From a virus (taxonomy: Duplodnaviria; Caudoviricetes), in IMG/VR virus record IMGVR_UViG_3300027804_000038, positions 64,001 to 128,000 of that record: 64,000 nucleotides of DNA; one strand, 5' to 3'. Positions 28,976 to 38,207 of this stretch are shown here, piece by piece (the first letter of the stretch is position 1; every line of letters starts with the position of its first letter). A program made the position numbers and the translations under genes. A model generated the notes under the pieces. The model searched no databases. It saw nothing but the letters and a program-made list of their open reading frames with translations, and was not told where the DNA came from.

Positions 28976-29875
28976 TTAATTATATTCTATTATTTTTAAA
29001 TTTTCACCAACATAGAAAATATCAATAATTTTTAAAAATTTGTCAATATTCCAATTTATGTTATGTTCGCATAAACTTCTATCAAAGTCATCCTGCAATA
29101 CTTTAATTATTGTATTTTTATTCACTTTAAATTTTAAATTTACCATTTCTCTCTCATAGTAACACCACCTATCCCAATTGTTAAAAATAACCCCATCAAT
29201 GTCAATAAGACCTGTGTATGGACCTACTATTTGTGACATCCCAATAATTTCAGAAGGACCTTCTAATACTAATCTATTTTTAATTATTTTATTAAATTCT
29301 ATTTTTTTTATATTACAAAATTTTGTTTCTTTTGGGTAATTTTTAGGTATTTCATGTTTGTTATATATCTCATTAAAAAAGAATTCACTTATTTTTTCAC
29401 TATACTGGTTGGCCCCATAATCAGTAGTATGAATTCCATCTCTTAAAATTTCATTAATATTTTTTTCAAAACATTCACTTAAATCTAAAACAGGTATTTT
29501 TAAATTAGTTAAATAATTATTTAATTTTTTATAAATTTCTGTTTTATCCACTGTCTTATCTGGAAAAATTAAAAAAATTAGTTTTACATTATTTTTATAA
29601 AATTTATTAATAATGGTATCAACATACTCTTGTATTTCATCAAATTTATCTTCATTATATTTTATATACCCTGTACTAAACCAATCAATAAAACAATATT
29701 CGGGATTTGAACTTAGTACCTCATCAATATAACAAACTCCTGCGTCTGATAAATGTCTGGCTCCAAATCCATAAGAATTAACATTAAAATTTTGATTAGA
29801 GTCCTTAAAATATTTCCAATACCCGTTATGTTGCTGGGTAACACTTGCACCAAAAAAAGAAATTCTATTTTTCAT
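28976..29875 (-). CDS. SGNH/GDSL hydrolase (probable sugar acetylesterase/acyltransferase)
   Basis: Block I FFGASVT, block II GFGA, block V DGIHT. Confidence 0.75.
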   Translation of the reverse strand: MKNRISFFGASVTQQHNGYWKYFKDSNQNFNVNSYGFGARHLSDAGVCYIDEVLSSNPEYCFIDWFSTGYIKYNEDKFDEIQEYVDTIINKFYKNNVKLIFLIFPDKTVDKTEIYKKLNNYLTNLKIPVLDLSECFEKNINEILRDGIHTTDYGANQYSEKISEFFFNEIYNKHEIPKNYPKETKFCNIKKIEFNKIIKNRLVLEGPSEIIGMSQIVGPYTGLIDIDGVIFNNWDRWCYYEREMVNLKFKVNKNTIIKVLQDDFDRSLCEHNINWNIDKFLKIIDIFYVGENLKIIEYN

Positions 29876-29888
29876 GTTTAATCATTAT

Positions 29889-30770
29889 TTAATATTTTTT
29901 TAATTGCTCGATAAATTTGTTCTTCAATGAATATAAATTTCTAATCACTGATTCTGGATGGGACCCCTCAAATACTTTAGTGTAACACTCTCCTCTGACA
30001 TTAGGTTTAAATTCGTGGACTCCTAAATATTTTTGTTCAACATTATACCTATCTAAATCTTTTCCATTTACCCATGGTAAATAAATTTTATTAAAATAAT
30101 CATCGATACAATTTTCTCTACTAACTGAATCTTTATAATAATTTACTTTTTTAAAAACTTGGTCAGGAAAAACATATGAATAATGATACATTTGTACCCC
30201 TAATAAGTCATATAGTGTTTTACTATCTACGTGCTTTCTAATGACATTTAAATTATTAGGATATTCTATGGTTGGAGGTCTATGGGTTAACCAAGTTGAG
30301 CCCTTATAATATTTAAAAATTCTTAAAAAATTATCGGTATTTAATTCAAATCCAGTTAAATAATTGTCAAAACCACCATAAAAAGAACAACTTTGTATAC
30401 CAACACTTGTCGGAGTTTCTTTTTTTAAGAACTCAATAATCTTAATTAAATCTTCAGTTTTATAAACTTCATCAGAATCTAAGTTCCATATATAATCAAT
30501 ATCGTCGTTAACATATTGCATATAAGCCCTACACTGTTCATCTTTTTCTGAAAATTTACCATGTATTATTTTTATTTTATTATCAGGGTCTGGAAATTCA
30601 TCCAAAATTTTATTTGTATCGTCTGTAGATGTTGTTTTACCTTGTCTTTGCCAATATGAGACTGGACCTTCCGATATTAAAATCTGAGACGCAAAAGGAT
30701 AGACTTGTTCTAAACATTCTTTAAGAACATAGTCACCCTCAAAAACAATCATACCAAATGCAATTTTCAT
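29889..30770 (-). CDS. Glycosyltransferase, GT-A fold
   Basis: ILISEGP, KIKIIHG, WNLDSDEVY DxD motif, MYHYSYV. Confidence 0.75.
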   Translation of the reverse strand: MKIAFGMIVFEGDYVLKECLEQVYPFASQILISEGPVSYWQRQGKTTSTDDTNKILDEFPDPDNKIKIIHGKFSEKDEQCRAYMQYVNDDIDYIWNLDSDEVYKTEDLIKIIEFLKKETPTSVGIQSCSFYGGFDNYLTGFELNTDNFLRIFKYYKGSTWLTHRPPTIEYPNNLNVIRKHVDSKTLYDLLGVQMYHYSYVFPDQVFKKVNYYKDSVSRENCIDDYFNKIYLPWVNGKDLDRYNVEQKYLGVHEFKPNVRGECYTKVFEGSHPESVIRNLYSLKNKFIEQLKKY

Positions 30771-30774
30771 TATT

Positions 30775-31641
30775 TTAGTTATATTTTGATTTTATTTCAA
30801 TTATTTTATTGTAGTATTCGTCGTATATAATTTTGAGCGATTTATTATTATGGTACACATCCATTGGTGTGTATATATGATGCATTTTTGAGGGTATATA
30901 TGTTTTTTCATCATAGTCAAATTGAGAAAAGTGACTAAACACCAACTTTTGGTATTTACCATCCCATATTATGTTACCATTTTTTTCATAGTCAGAATAA
31001 TCATACAATTGCCATTGCCACGGAGCTCCATGACCAATATTACCATCAATAAAAATATAATCATTTGGGCACATGTTTGGGAACTCATCTAAATATTTTT
31101 GGTCTCCACATGTTGATAGATGGGGATGTTTTTTATGTAAGACAGAATCGGCCCACCATTTACATATATGTTTACCAATCTTTCCATTTTTAAAGTAAAC
31201 AACCCCAACATTAAACCACCCCTCAACTCTTGGTGTTGATAGGTCAAATTGTCTATGCCTAAAAATACCAACTTCATTTTCACCAATTTCATCATAGATA
31301 TCATCTATGTTATTGTGAAAATATATATCACTGTCGATATATGTTATAGATTCGATATCTTTACTAAGAAGATAATTAGAAAAATAAGAGGCTAAAGACC
31401 AACAAAAATATTTATATTCACTAAGTTTTAAATTTAATAAATTATTATCTTCTGACAATAAAGAGTTAATATGGTAGGGTATTAAATTTTCTGATTCATA
31501 TTTTTTAACTTTATCAAAAGTAACATCATCAATACATAAATAATGAAGTTTAAAATTTTTATTTTTATCTAAAATCGATTCATATAAAGTTAATCCCTTA
31601 TATAGATAATTTATATCTGATACTGTACATATGTTTTTCAT
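30775..31641 (-). CDS. Glycosyltransferase, GT-A fold (GT8-like)
   Basis: CTVSDINYL, TYIDSDIYF, FNVGVVYF, GDQKYLD. Confidence 0.75.
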   Translation of the reverse strand: MKNICTVSDINYLYKGLTLYESILDKNKNFKLHYLCIDDVTFDKVKKYESENLIPYHINSLLSEDNNLLNLKLSEYKYFCWSLASYFSNYLLSKDIESITYIDSDIYFHNNIDDIYDEIGENEVGIFRHRQFDLSTPRVEGWFNVGVVYFKNGKIGKHICKWWADSVLHKKHPHLSTCGDQKYLDEFPNMCPNDYIFIDGNIGHGAPWQWQLYDYSDYEKNGNIIWDGKYQKLVFSHFSQFDYDEKTYIPSKMHHIYTPMDVYHNNKSLKIIYDEYYNKIIEIKSKYN

Positions 31642-32303
31642 AAATTAAAATTTAAACTTCTCCTTGTCACATATAGATTATTATCGTGACCCAAATCAAT
31701 TTGATTTTTATTATGTATTAAATCACGATTCCCATATCCCCAATCAGGGTGTTCGTGTTTTATAATAACTTCATTAAAATAAGTTTGTTTATTTAAAATT
31801 GCGGCAACTGACATAAATTCATTATCACACCATGTGGATTTATATTCAGGATAATATATATAATTAAATCTTTCATAATATTTTTTACCCAAAATACATA
31901 ATGTATTTAGTCTATTTCCTTGGAATCCGTCATTAAACCATAAAACTCCATCAGTATCAGGATAATTAGATACCATTTTATCAATGATAATATTGTCATA
32001 TCCTTTAATTTGTGGAATCATGTCATCTGATGCTAAAAGTAATATGTCCCACTCGGTAAAATTTTCTAAGTCTCTATTAACCGCATGAACTTTAGATTTA
32101 CTTTCCCCAACAACAACAGACACATTCGTAAAATTTTTTAATATGTCAAAAGTATCTTGATTATTCATTTCTATATCATCTCTATCGATTGATACTAAAA
32201 ATTTTACATTATTAATATCGTCACATAAATCATAATATTTTTTAAAGGTATTAAAAAATTTATTTTTTCGACCTCTAGTTGGGAATTTTACTATAATCTT
32301 CAT
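31638..32303 (-). CDS. Glycosyltransferase, GT2-like
   Basis: KFPTRGR, SKVHAVNR, LLASDDMIP, WCDNEF, IKHEH. Confidence 0.78.
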   Translation of the reverse strand: MKIIVKFPTRGRKNKFFNTFKKYYDLCDDINNVKFLVSIDRDDIEMNNQDTFDILKNFTNVSVVVGESKSKVHAVNRDLENFTEWDILLLASDDMIPQIKGYDNIIIDKMVSNYPDTDGVLWFNDGFQGNRLNTLCILGKKYYERFNYIYYPEYKSTWCDNEFMSVAAILNKQTYFNEVIIKHEHPDWGYGNRDLIHNKNQIDLGHDNNLYVTRRSLNFNL

Positions 32304-33933
32304 TGTATAAATTAATATAACTCAATTTTATGTTTTCGGAAACAATAGACGAATAAAATTTTTGTAAATCGTTTGGTACTAAATGTAATTTTTTACTAAT
32401 AATGTTACCTAAATTATCTACGTCATATATCCATCCCGATTTTCCACACATCCAACCCTCGATAGTTGTTCTTCCTAATAAAATACCTGCAGTTTCGGAA
32501 CATTTATGTATATATTTTTCAACTTCGGTAGTGGGCCCAAAATGTTTAACATGAGAATTTTGTAGTACTTCAGTCAAATAATCAGATTTATTCTCACCAA
32601 CTAACCATAATTCCTTACCTTCATTTTTTGACACTTCTATTAAATCAAAAATTGTATTTTTCCTTAGATAATCTATTGACCCTACAAACAATATATAATT
32701 TTCAGATTTAATATTTTTAGGAGTAAATTTAGTTTCGTCTATTGGGTTATAAATAATTTCAATTTTGTCTTCACTAATATCAAAGTTTTTAATAATGTGT
32801 TCTTTAATTTCAGGACGAATTGCGATGTATTTTTTAATAGACGGGTGTTTTACAGGGTTTTCCAATTCAATAACTTCTGAATGGATTGTACAGACTTTGT
32901 CAACTGTTGGATAAAGCATATTCATGACTTCAACTATTGGTTTGTGCTGACAATGAATTATATCAAAATGAGGAACTTCAACCTGATAAAAATTATTAGG
33001 TACTGATGGTTGAGGTCCTTTTTCAGTCATTACCATCCATTTTCCATCCCCCATTTTAAATCCTGGGGTTTCTCTAATATTTTTAACTTTAATACCTAAT
33101 TTAGTTGCCATTAAAACTAATGGACCGTTAGTTTCTGATGCAACAACAGTTACATCACAATTTAATTTAATTAAATTTTTAGCTAATTCAAAAACATACA
33201 TCTCAGACCCTGTAAATCTTTGGAAGAAAAGACAAGATATTAAAACTTTTAGTTTTGAATTTTCATCAAATCTAACCTTAGATGGTAGGGAGTCTTTATA
33301 TTTTTCTGCAAATATTTTTCTATTAATTTCCCATTGTTCATTAGTCATTCCGATTGATTTATGGGTAATTCTGATATTTGTCATTACCCCAATCTTAACT
33401 CCCTCTATGAAATTTTTATAACAAAAATTAACATCGTACATGTGAAATCCATCTACAGATTCATCAAATTTTGATTTTATTTTATTTTTGTCTATCGCTA
33501 TAAAAACACCATCAACTACAACAACTTCTTTTAATGAATTTTGTAATGATTCAGAGTATTTTGATTCCCATTTTTTACCATTATTTTCATGATTTACAAT
33601 TCCATACATCTTAGTTCTGTCTTCCCACCACGTACCACTTTTGGGTATATGAGTCGTTCCAGCCATTCCAATTATTCCGTAATCAGGATTCTTATCAAAA
33701 TTTCTAACTAATTTTGAGGCCCAATTATTAGTATCAAAATAAATGTCATCATGGCATAACACGACAACATTGTATTCAGATTCAGATATTATTTCATTAT
33801 AAACTGTAGATAAATTTTTTTCCCCATTATTAATTTTTTCAATAATCTGTATTTTTGGGTGACCTGCAATTTTTTTTAGGTATTCTTGGAAATACGGATT
33901 TGTTTTTCTTGTGCTATATCCAATTGTAATCAT
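32275..33933 (-). CDS. Two-domain glycosyltransferase (N-terminal GT2-like, C-terminal GT-B)
   Basis: VVLCHDDI, VVVDGVFI, GFHMYD in N-half; FTGSEMY, IYNPIDE, LLGRTTIEG in C-half. Confidence 0.78.
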   Translation of the reverse strand: MITIGYSTRKTNPYFQEYLKKIAGHPKIQIIEKINNGEKNLSTVYNEIISESEYNVVVLCHDDIYFDTNNWASKLVRNFDKNPDYGIIGMAGTTHIPKSGTWWEDRTKMYGIVNHENNGKKWESKYSESLQNSLKEVVVVDGVFIAIDKNKIKSKFDESVDGFHMYDVNFCYKNFIEGVKIGVMTNIRITHKSIGMTNEQWEINRKIFAEKYKDSLPSKVRFDENSKLKVLISCLFFQRFTGSEMYVFELAKNLIKLNCDVTVVASETNGPLVLMATKLGIKVKNIRETPGFKMGDGKWMVMTEKGPQPSVPNNFYQVEVPHFDIIHCQHKPIVEVMNMLYPTVDKVCTIHSEVIELENPVKHPSIKKYIAIRPEIKEHIIKNFDISEDKIEIIYNPIDETKFTPKNIKSENYILFVGSIDYLRKNTIFDLIEVSKNEGKELWLVGENKSDYLTEVLQNSHVKHFGPTTEVEKYIHKCSETAGILLGRTTIEGWMCGKSGWIYDVDNLGNIISKKLHLVPNDLQKFYSSIVSENIKLSYINLYNEDYSKIPN

Positions 33934-34517
33934 ATTCCTGTACTTCCAAATCCGTTATTACCTCTATCTTTTTCTTTAATAGTATCTACTTTAATTAAAT
34001 TTACCCATCTACCGCTTATACAACTTGAGAGTACCGCTTGAGCAACTTTCATACCCTTAGTTATTTTGAACTCATGATTATTGGTATTAAAAACTATAAC
34101 TTTAATTTCCCCAGTGTAACCCTCATCAACAGTACCTGGAGAATTCAAAACCATTAGTCCTTGATTAATTGCCAAACCACTTTTAGTTCTTACTTGTAGT
34201 TCATAATTTTCAGGTAAATTAACTCTAACTCCAGTAGGTACAAGTGACCTTCCTAATGGAGGTATTATTACTTCTTCTGACGAGTATAAGTCAAATCCAC
34301 TATCTGAAGGATAGTTATATGACAATTCTTTATCAGTGGATGTATATTCTATTTTTATCTTTGACATATCAGTCATATGAGATTCAAGCTCTTTTAAATC
34401 TAATCCTAATAAATCAATTATTTCATTGTAACTGTTGTACCCATCTTCATCGGATTCCAATAATTTTTTTAAATCATCTAAACCATTTAAAATGTCTTTA
34501 TTATAATTTTCATCCAT
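33930..34517 (-). CDS. dut: dUTPase (trimeric) with acidic N-terminal extension
   Basis: SGFDL, RTKSGLA, PGTVDEGYTGEI, AQAV, DRGNNGFGSTG. Confidence 0.95.
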   Translation of the reverse strand: MDENYNKDILNGLDDLKKLLESDEDGYNSYNEIIDLLGLDLKELESHMTDMSKIKIEYTSTDKELSYNYPSDSGFDLYSSEEVIIPPLGRSLVPTGVRVNLPENYELQVRTKSGLAINQGLMVLNSPGTVDEGYTGEIKVIVFNTNNHEFKITKGMKVAQAVLSSCISGRWVNLIKVDTIKEKDRGNNGFGSTGI

Positions 34518-35209
34518 TAAATTAACTTTTTAATTACGTTTATTAAAACCTCCACATCTTTCTCACAATAATCCTGTATTTCTTGGTATTTGTTTTCATT
34601 CCAAAAAGCATTATGAACTTTATTACCTGTTATTTCCATTGTTTTTGGACTCTCGACCCCTAAAGAAACACACATTAATTCTAAAGATGAAATCGCTCCG
34701 AATTGACCATATTGCCAAATTTCTTTAGTATCAATTGCTTTAACTTCCCACGGTTTAGTATCATAAGTTGGTAATATTTGTGACGGTTTAATTCCATTAA
34801 TTATCATTCTTTTTGCTAAAACAGGAATATCAAAATTTTTAATGTTGTGACCACACAATACAAAATCTAATTTACCAACTCTATTTAGTAGATTATTAAC
34901 ATCCTGAAGTAATTGTTTTTCATCTGAATTAAAAAATGTTTGTTTTTTAATTTCTCCTTTAGGGTCAACAAAGGCAAATGACACACATACAATTTTTGAA
35001 AACTCAGGTACTAAAGCCGCTCTATTTATAAAAATTTCTTCTTTTTCTTTAAGACTATCCTCAGGGAATCTTTTTATAAACCAATCTAGATAGTTTATAA
35101 ATTGATATTCTAATTCAGGATAATCCGTTTTAAAATTTTCATAGTTAGATGAAATACCTACAGTCTCAATGTCCAAAAAAATTATTTTTTGTAATGGTGT
35201 TTTTATCAT
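34517..35209 (-). CDS. 3'-5' exonuclease (DEDD, PolB-exo2-like)
   Basis: FLDIETV, GHNIKNFDIP, YCEKDV. Confidence 0.85.
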   Translation of the reverse strand: MIKTPLQKIIFLDIETVGISSNYENFKTDYPELEYQFINYLDWFIKRFPEDSLKEKEEIFINRAALVPEFSKIVCVSFAFVDPKGEIKKQTFFNSDEKQLLQDVNNLLNRVGKLDFVLCGHNIKNFDIPVLAKRMIINGIKPSQILPTYDTKPWEVKAIDTKEIWQYGQFGAISSLELMCVSLGVESPKTMEITGNKVHNAFWNENKYQEIQDYCEKDVEVLINVIKKLI

Positions 35210-36420
35210 AGGATTGAGTTATAAAATTCACTTCTTGTTTTAGTTACTATTGCCAAGTCGTACCTTGTTGATACGTGTTCGTAAAGTCTTTCTCCCATAT
35301 CTTTAACCATATTTGGATTTTGTACTAACTTTTTTATTGCTTTAGCCCAATCAGAATGGTTCCTATGGTCATCGACTAATATCGCATTACCGTCAACAAA
35401 TTCTCCATTCTTTAAACAATGCGTTAAATCAATGGTGTATGGACCATAGTTTGAAGCAATTAACGCTTTCTTATAAAACCCAGCCTCAATAACCTTTAGT
35501 TGAGATTTTACTTTATTAAAAATATGTGGTTTAATTGGCGCTAAAGATACGTCAAATTTAGAGTAATTTTTGGCGTAGGATGTCACAGGTTTTGTCCAAA
35601 CTCTAATGTAATTTTCATTATTTTCATTTTCAAAAGGACTCTGAACAAATTTTTCCAAATATGTTTTATATTCTGGAGTTACAATTTTATAGTTGTCTGT
35701 GAATATTTTTTCATATTCATACCAAACAGTTTCATTAGGTTTAATTGGTCTTTGTTTTTGTTCACCTGTTTGAGGATTAATTTCGGTCATAGTCCCACGA
35801 GTATCAAAACCGCAAAGGACATATTGTAATTTATCTTTTTGGTCTGATAATTTTGCAACCATACCATCCAATAACATTAAATCATGTAAGTGTGATGAAC
35901 CTCCTAACCACCCAACTCTAAGTCTTTCACTTTCAATAGTAGGTTCTTTAAACTGAGTTTCGTTTGGGTCAATTGCGTTTGGAAGAACTACTACATTCTT
36001 GTTTATTTTTCTAATTTCATCCGCATATAATTCGGTAGTAGTTGTTACGTATTTTGCAACTTTTATATTCGCAACAATTTTTTCATGGATTTTTTGTTGG
36101 AAAATTAATTGGTGTAAAGGGTGTTCCTTAGTTGGGAGCCAATAATCATCAATATCACAAATAGTTATTATACCTAAATTATTTAAAACTGGTACAAATT
36201 CAATAGACCTATCTAAGTCCTGACCTATACTGCGATGAAAATGTACTATTTGATATTGTTTCCAAAAATTTAAATCAGTAAAATCTAAATCAAATACAAT
36301 ATCTACGTGAAAATTTTCGGGATATAGTTTTTGTAAAAAAATGTGAGGGTCGATAGACCTAAATTTACCAACACCTGTTCTATCTGAAGGTATGACTAAT
36401 ACTTTGATTTTTTCTTTCAT
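35206..36420 (-). CDS. Glycosyltransferase, GT-B fold (GT4-like)
   Basis: DIDDYW, VLPNAID, VGWLGGSSH, FNKVKSQLKVIEAG. Confidence 0.85.
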   Translation of the reverse strand: MKEKIKVLVIPSDRTGVGKFRSIDPHIFLQKLYPENFHVDIVFDLDFTDLNFWKQYQIVHFHRSIGQDLDRSIEFVPVLNNLGIITICDIDDYWLPTKEHPLHQLIFQQKIHEKIVANIKVAKYVTTTTELYADEIRKINKNVVVLPNAIDPNETQFKEPTIESERLRVGWLGGSSHLHDLMLLDGMVAKLSDQKDKLQYVLCGFDTRGTMTEINPQTGEQKQRPIKPNETVWYEYEKIFTDNYKIVTPEYKTYLEKFVQSPFENENNENYIRVWTKPVTSYAKNYSKFDVSLAPIKPHIFNKVKSQLKVIEAGFYKKALIASNYGPYTIDLTHCLKNGEFVDGNAILVDDHRNHSDWAKAIKKLVQNPNMVKDMGERLYEHVSTRYDLAIVTKTRSEFYNSIL

Positions 36421-36436
36421 AATTGTGTGTATTCCA

Positions 36437-36467
36437 CAATAATAAAAATCAAAGTCTATTTAATCAA
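36437..36467 (-). promoter_or_regulatory. Putative early promoter of the 25-gene operon
   Basis: Minus strand TTGATT...N20 from TTG...TATTATTG, 16 nt before ATG at 36420. Confidence 0.55.
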
Positions 36468-36477
36468 CTCTTTTAGA

Positions 36478-37074
36478 TTAAGATAATTTTTTAACTTTCA
36501 TTATTTTACCTTCAAAAATGTGTTTACCTACTCTAAATTGAAACGTTTCTTGGCTTTTAGTTTCTGATTCGGTAATAAGCCCATTTTCTCTCAAAATTTC
36601 TTCAACAGCTTCTTTAACCATTTTTTTTAAATCGCCGTTTGTACTTTGTTGATTAGAAGATGTTTTTTGAGGTTGACTATTTGGCGCTGATTTGTTATCA
36701 CCCATAAGTCTTGCAGCCTTTTCAATTAAATCGTTAGATAATGTTGGGGTGTATTGTTGTGGTTGATTTATTGGGTTTTCAATCATTAGTTTTTTAATTG
36801 CATCAGGTAATTTAGAATTTTTAATCCTTTCTTCAGTAACAACTAAAGGTTTTTGGACTGAAGAAACTGATTGAGATTCAGGTATATATTCTTCAGGTAT
36901 ATTAAATTTTGATGGTGCTGAATTAAAAGTTTCTAACTCAGGTGATGTTATGGTATTATGCGAATAATTTTCATTAACTCCTCCAGCGGCACCACTTCGA
37001 GGCATTTCATTATGTCTATCCATGATTTTTTTAGAAATCATTAATTTTTGTAAAAATTCATTTTCGTTTGTCAT
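36478..37074 (-). CDS. Hypothetical protein
   Basis: 198 aa, low-complexity Q/S/N middle, last gene of late operon from 39027. Confidence 0.7.
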   Translation of the reverse strand: MTNENEFLQKLMISKKIMDRHNEMPRSGAAGGVNENYSHNTITSPELETFNSAPSKFNIPEEYIPESQSVSSVQKPLVVTEERIKNSKLPDAIKKLMIENPINQPQQYTPTLSNDLIEKAARLMGDNKSAPNSQPQKTSSNQQSTNGDLKKMVKEAVEEILRENGLITESETKSQETFQFRVGKHIFEGKIMKVKKLS

Positions 37075-37472
37075 ATCTCTTCAATATTTTCTAAGTCAAA
37101 TTTAGCACAAAGTTTAAGTCCAACCATACCTTTATCATCTGGGTTATATAATGGTCTTGGCTCATCAAAAGTGTTAGTCGGACTTACGTTATAACTACCA
37201 ATCCTATCTAATCTAAATAATCTCCATCCTGGTAATGGTTGTTCACCTTTTTGTGCGGTATATGATGCTCCCTCTCTTTCCCAAGCTCTAATAACTCTAT
37301 TTCCCGCCTTTGACACCCCAAAACAAAAAGGTTCAATAACTCTTAAACCCTTACCTCCATTATCTTCACCGTCATAGTATATGGTAACCAAATTTTTATT
37401 CTTAATAGAATTTGAAATTTGGTCCAGTGACTTTTCTAAGATAATTTGTTTTATGGTGTTGTAAAGCTTCAT
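37071..37472 (-). CDS. Stand-alone WYL-domain protein
   Basis: VTIYYDG...RVIEPFCFG...VIRAW...WRLFRLDRI. Confidence 0.8.
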   Translation of the reverse strand: MKLYNTIKQIILEKSLDQISNSIKNKNLVTIYYDGEDNGGKGLRVIEPFCFGVSKAGNRVIRAWEREGASYTAQKGEQPLPGWRLFRLDRIGSYNVSPTNTFDEPRPLYNPDDKGMVGLKLCAKFDLENIEEI

Positions 37473-37762
37473 TATGATGCGGGATACTGATAAGGTTTGT
37501 CAGATTGATACTGATTTATTTTAATTTCGTTAACTCTTTCTAAAATATCGACAGAATTACCTCCATTTACCGAATCTAAGAAAACTCCTGTTCCTTTTCC
37601 TTTAATATCTCCGTCAGAGATTGCATCAGGATTAGTTGCTCCATAAGGAGGTTTTTGTTGGTTATAATCATTTTTAGTGATTAACGCTTTTCTAGCTTCA
37701 TTTGCAATTTGTGTCAACTTGTTATCGGGTTGATTCAAATCAATTGGTTCATAAGATGCCAT
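37472..37762 (-). CDS. Hypothetical protein
   Basis: 96 aa, abuts neighbours. Confidence 0.7.
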   Translation of the reverse strand: MASYEPIDLNQPDNKLTQIANEARKALITKNDYNQQKPPYGATNPDAISDGDIKGKGTGVFLDSVNGGNSVDILERVNEIKINQYQSDKPYQYPAS

Positions 37763-37763
37763 A

Positions 37764-38207
37764 TTAAATTATTTTTTTCATTAATTGGTTTATTATTTTT
37801 AATTCTTCAATAACTCTTTGTTCTAATCTTAAAGATGAATTATCATCCCAAGTGTCATGTCTTTCAGATGACTTTCTATGTCTTTCCGAAGGTCTTATAT
37901 CAGACCTTTTAGTATGTTTTTTTAAATGAGAATTTTCAATACCATTATCTTGTTTAATATCTTGCGACGTTGATATATTATCTCTTTCGTTTCCCAACTT
38001 AGTGTCAATCCAATTTTTAAAATACTGACCACCTAAGCTTTCAAGTTCCCCATTCTCCATTCTATTTTTTATACGTTTCAAATTTGAGTATGATATTTTT
38101 TTTGTGTCAATCAAATTTTTAATTGTAGTATTACTTGCATACTTTTCTAAAGATGAAAGTATACTATAGTCAATGTCATAATATCTACCGTATAAATTAT
38201 TATTCAC
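37764..38207 (-). CDS. Hypothetical protein
   Basis: 147 aa, abuts neighbours. Confidence 0.7.
   Translation of the reverse strand: MNNNLYGRYYDIDYSILSSLEKYASNTTIKNLIDTKKISYSNLKRIKNRMENGELESLGGQYFKNWIDTKLGNERDNISTSQDIKQDNGIENSHLKKHTKRSDIRPSERHRKSSERHDTWDDNSSLRLEQRVIEELKIINQLMKKII

Noticed and set aside
20604-32303. Host chromosomal O-antigen locus (window as a prophage or chimera)
   Set aside because: No wzx/wzy/wzz or membrane proteins; genes overlap seamlessly with phage phoH, dut and sigma in one operon, although read mapping is needed to exclude misassembly
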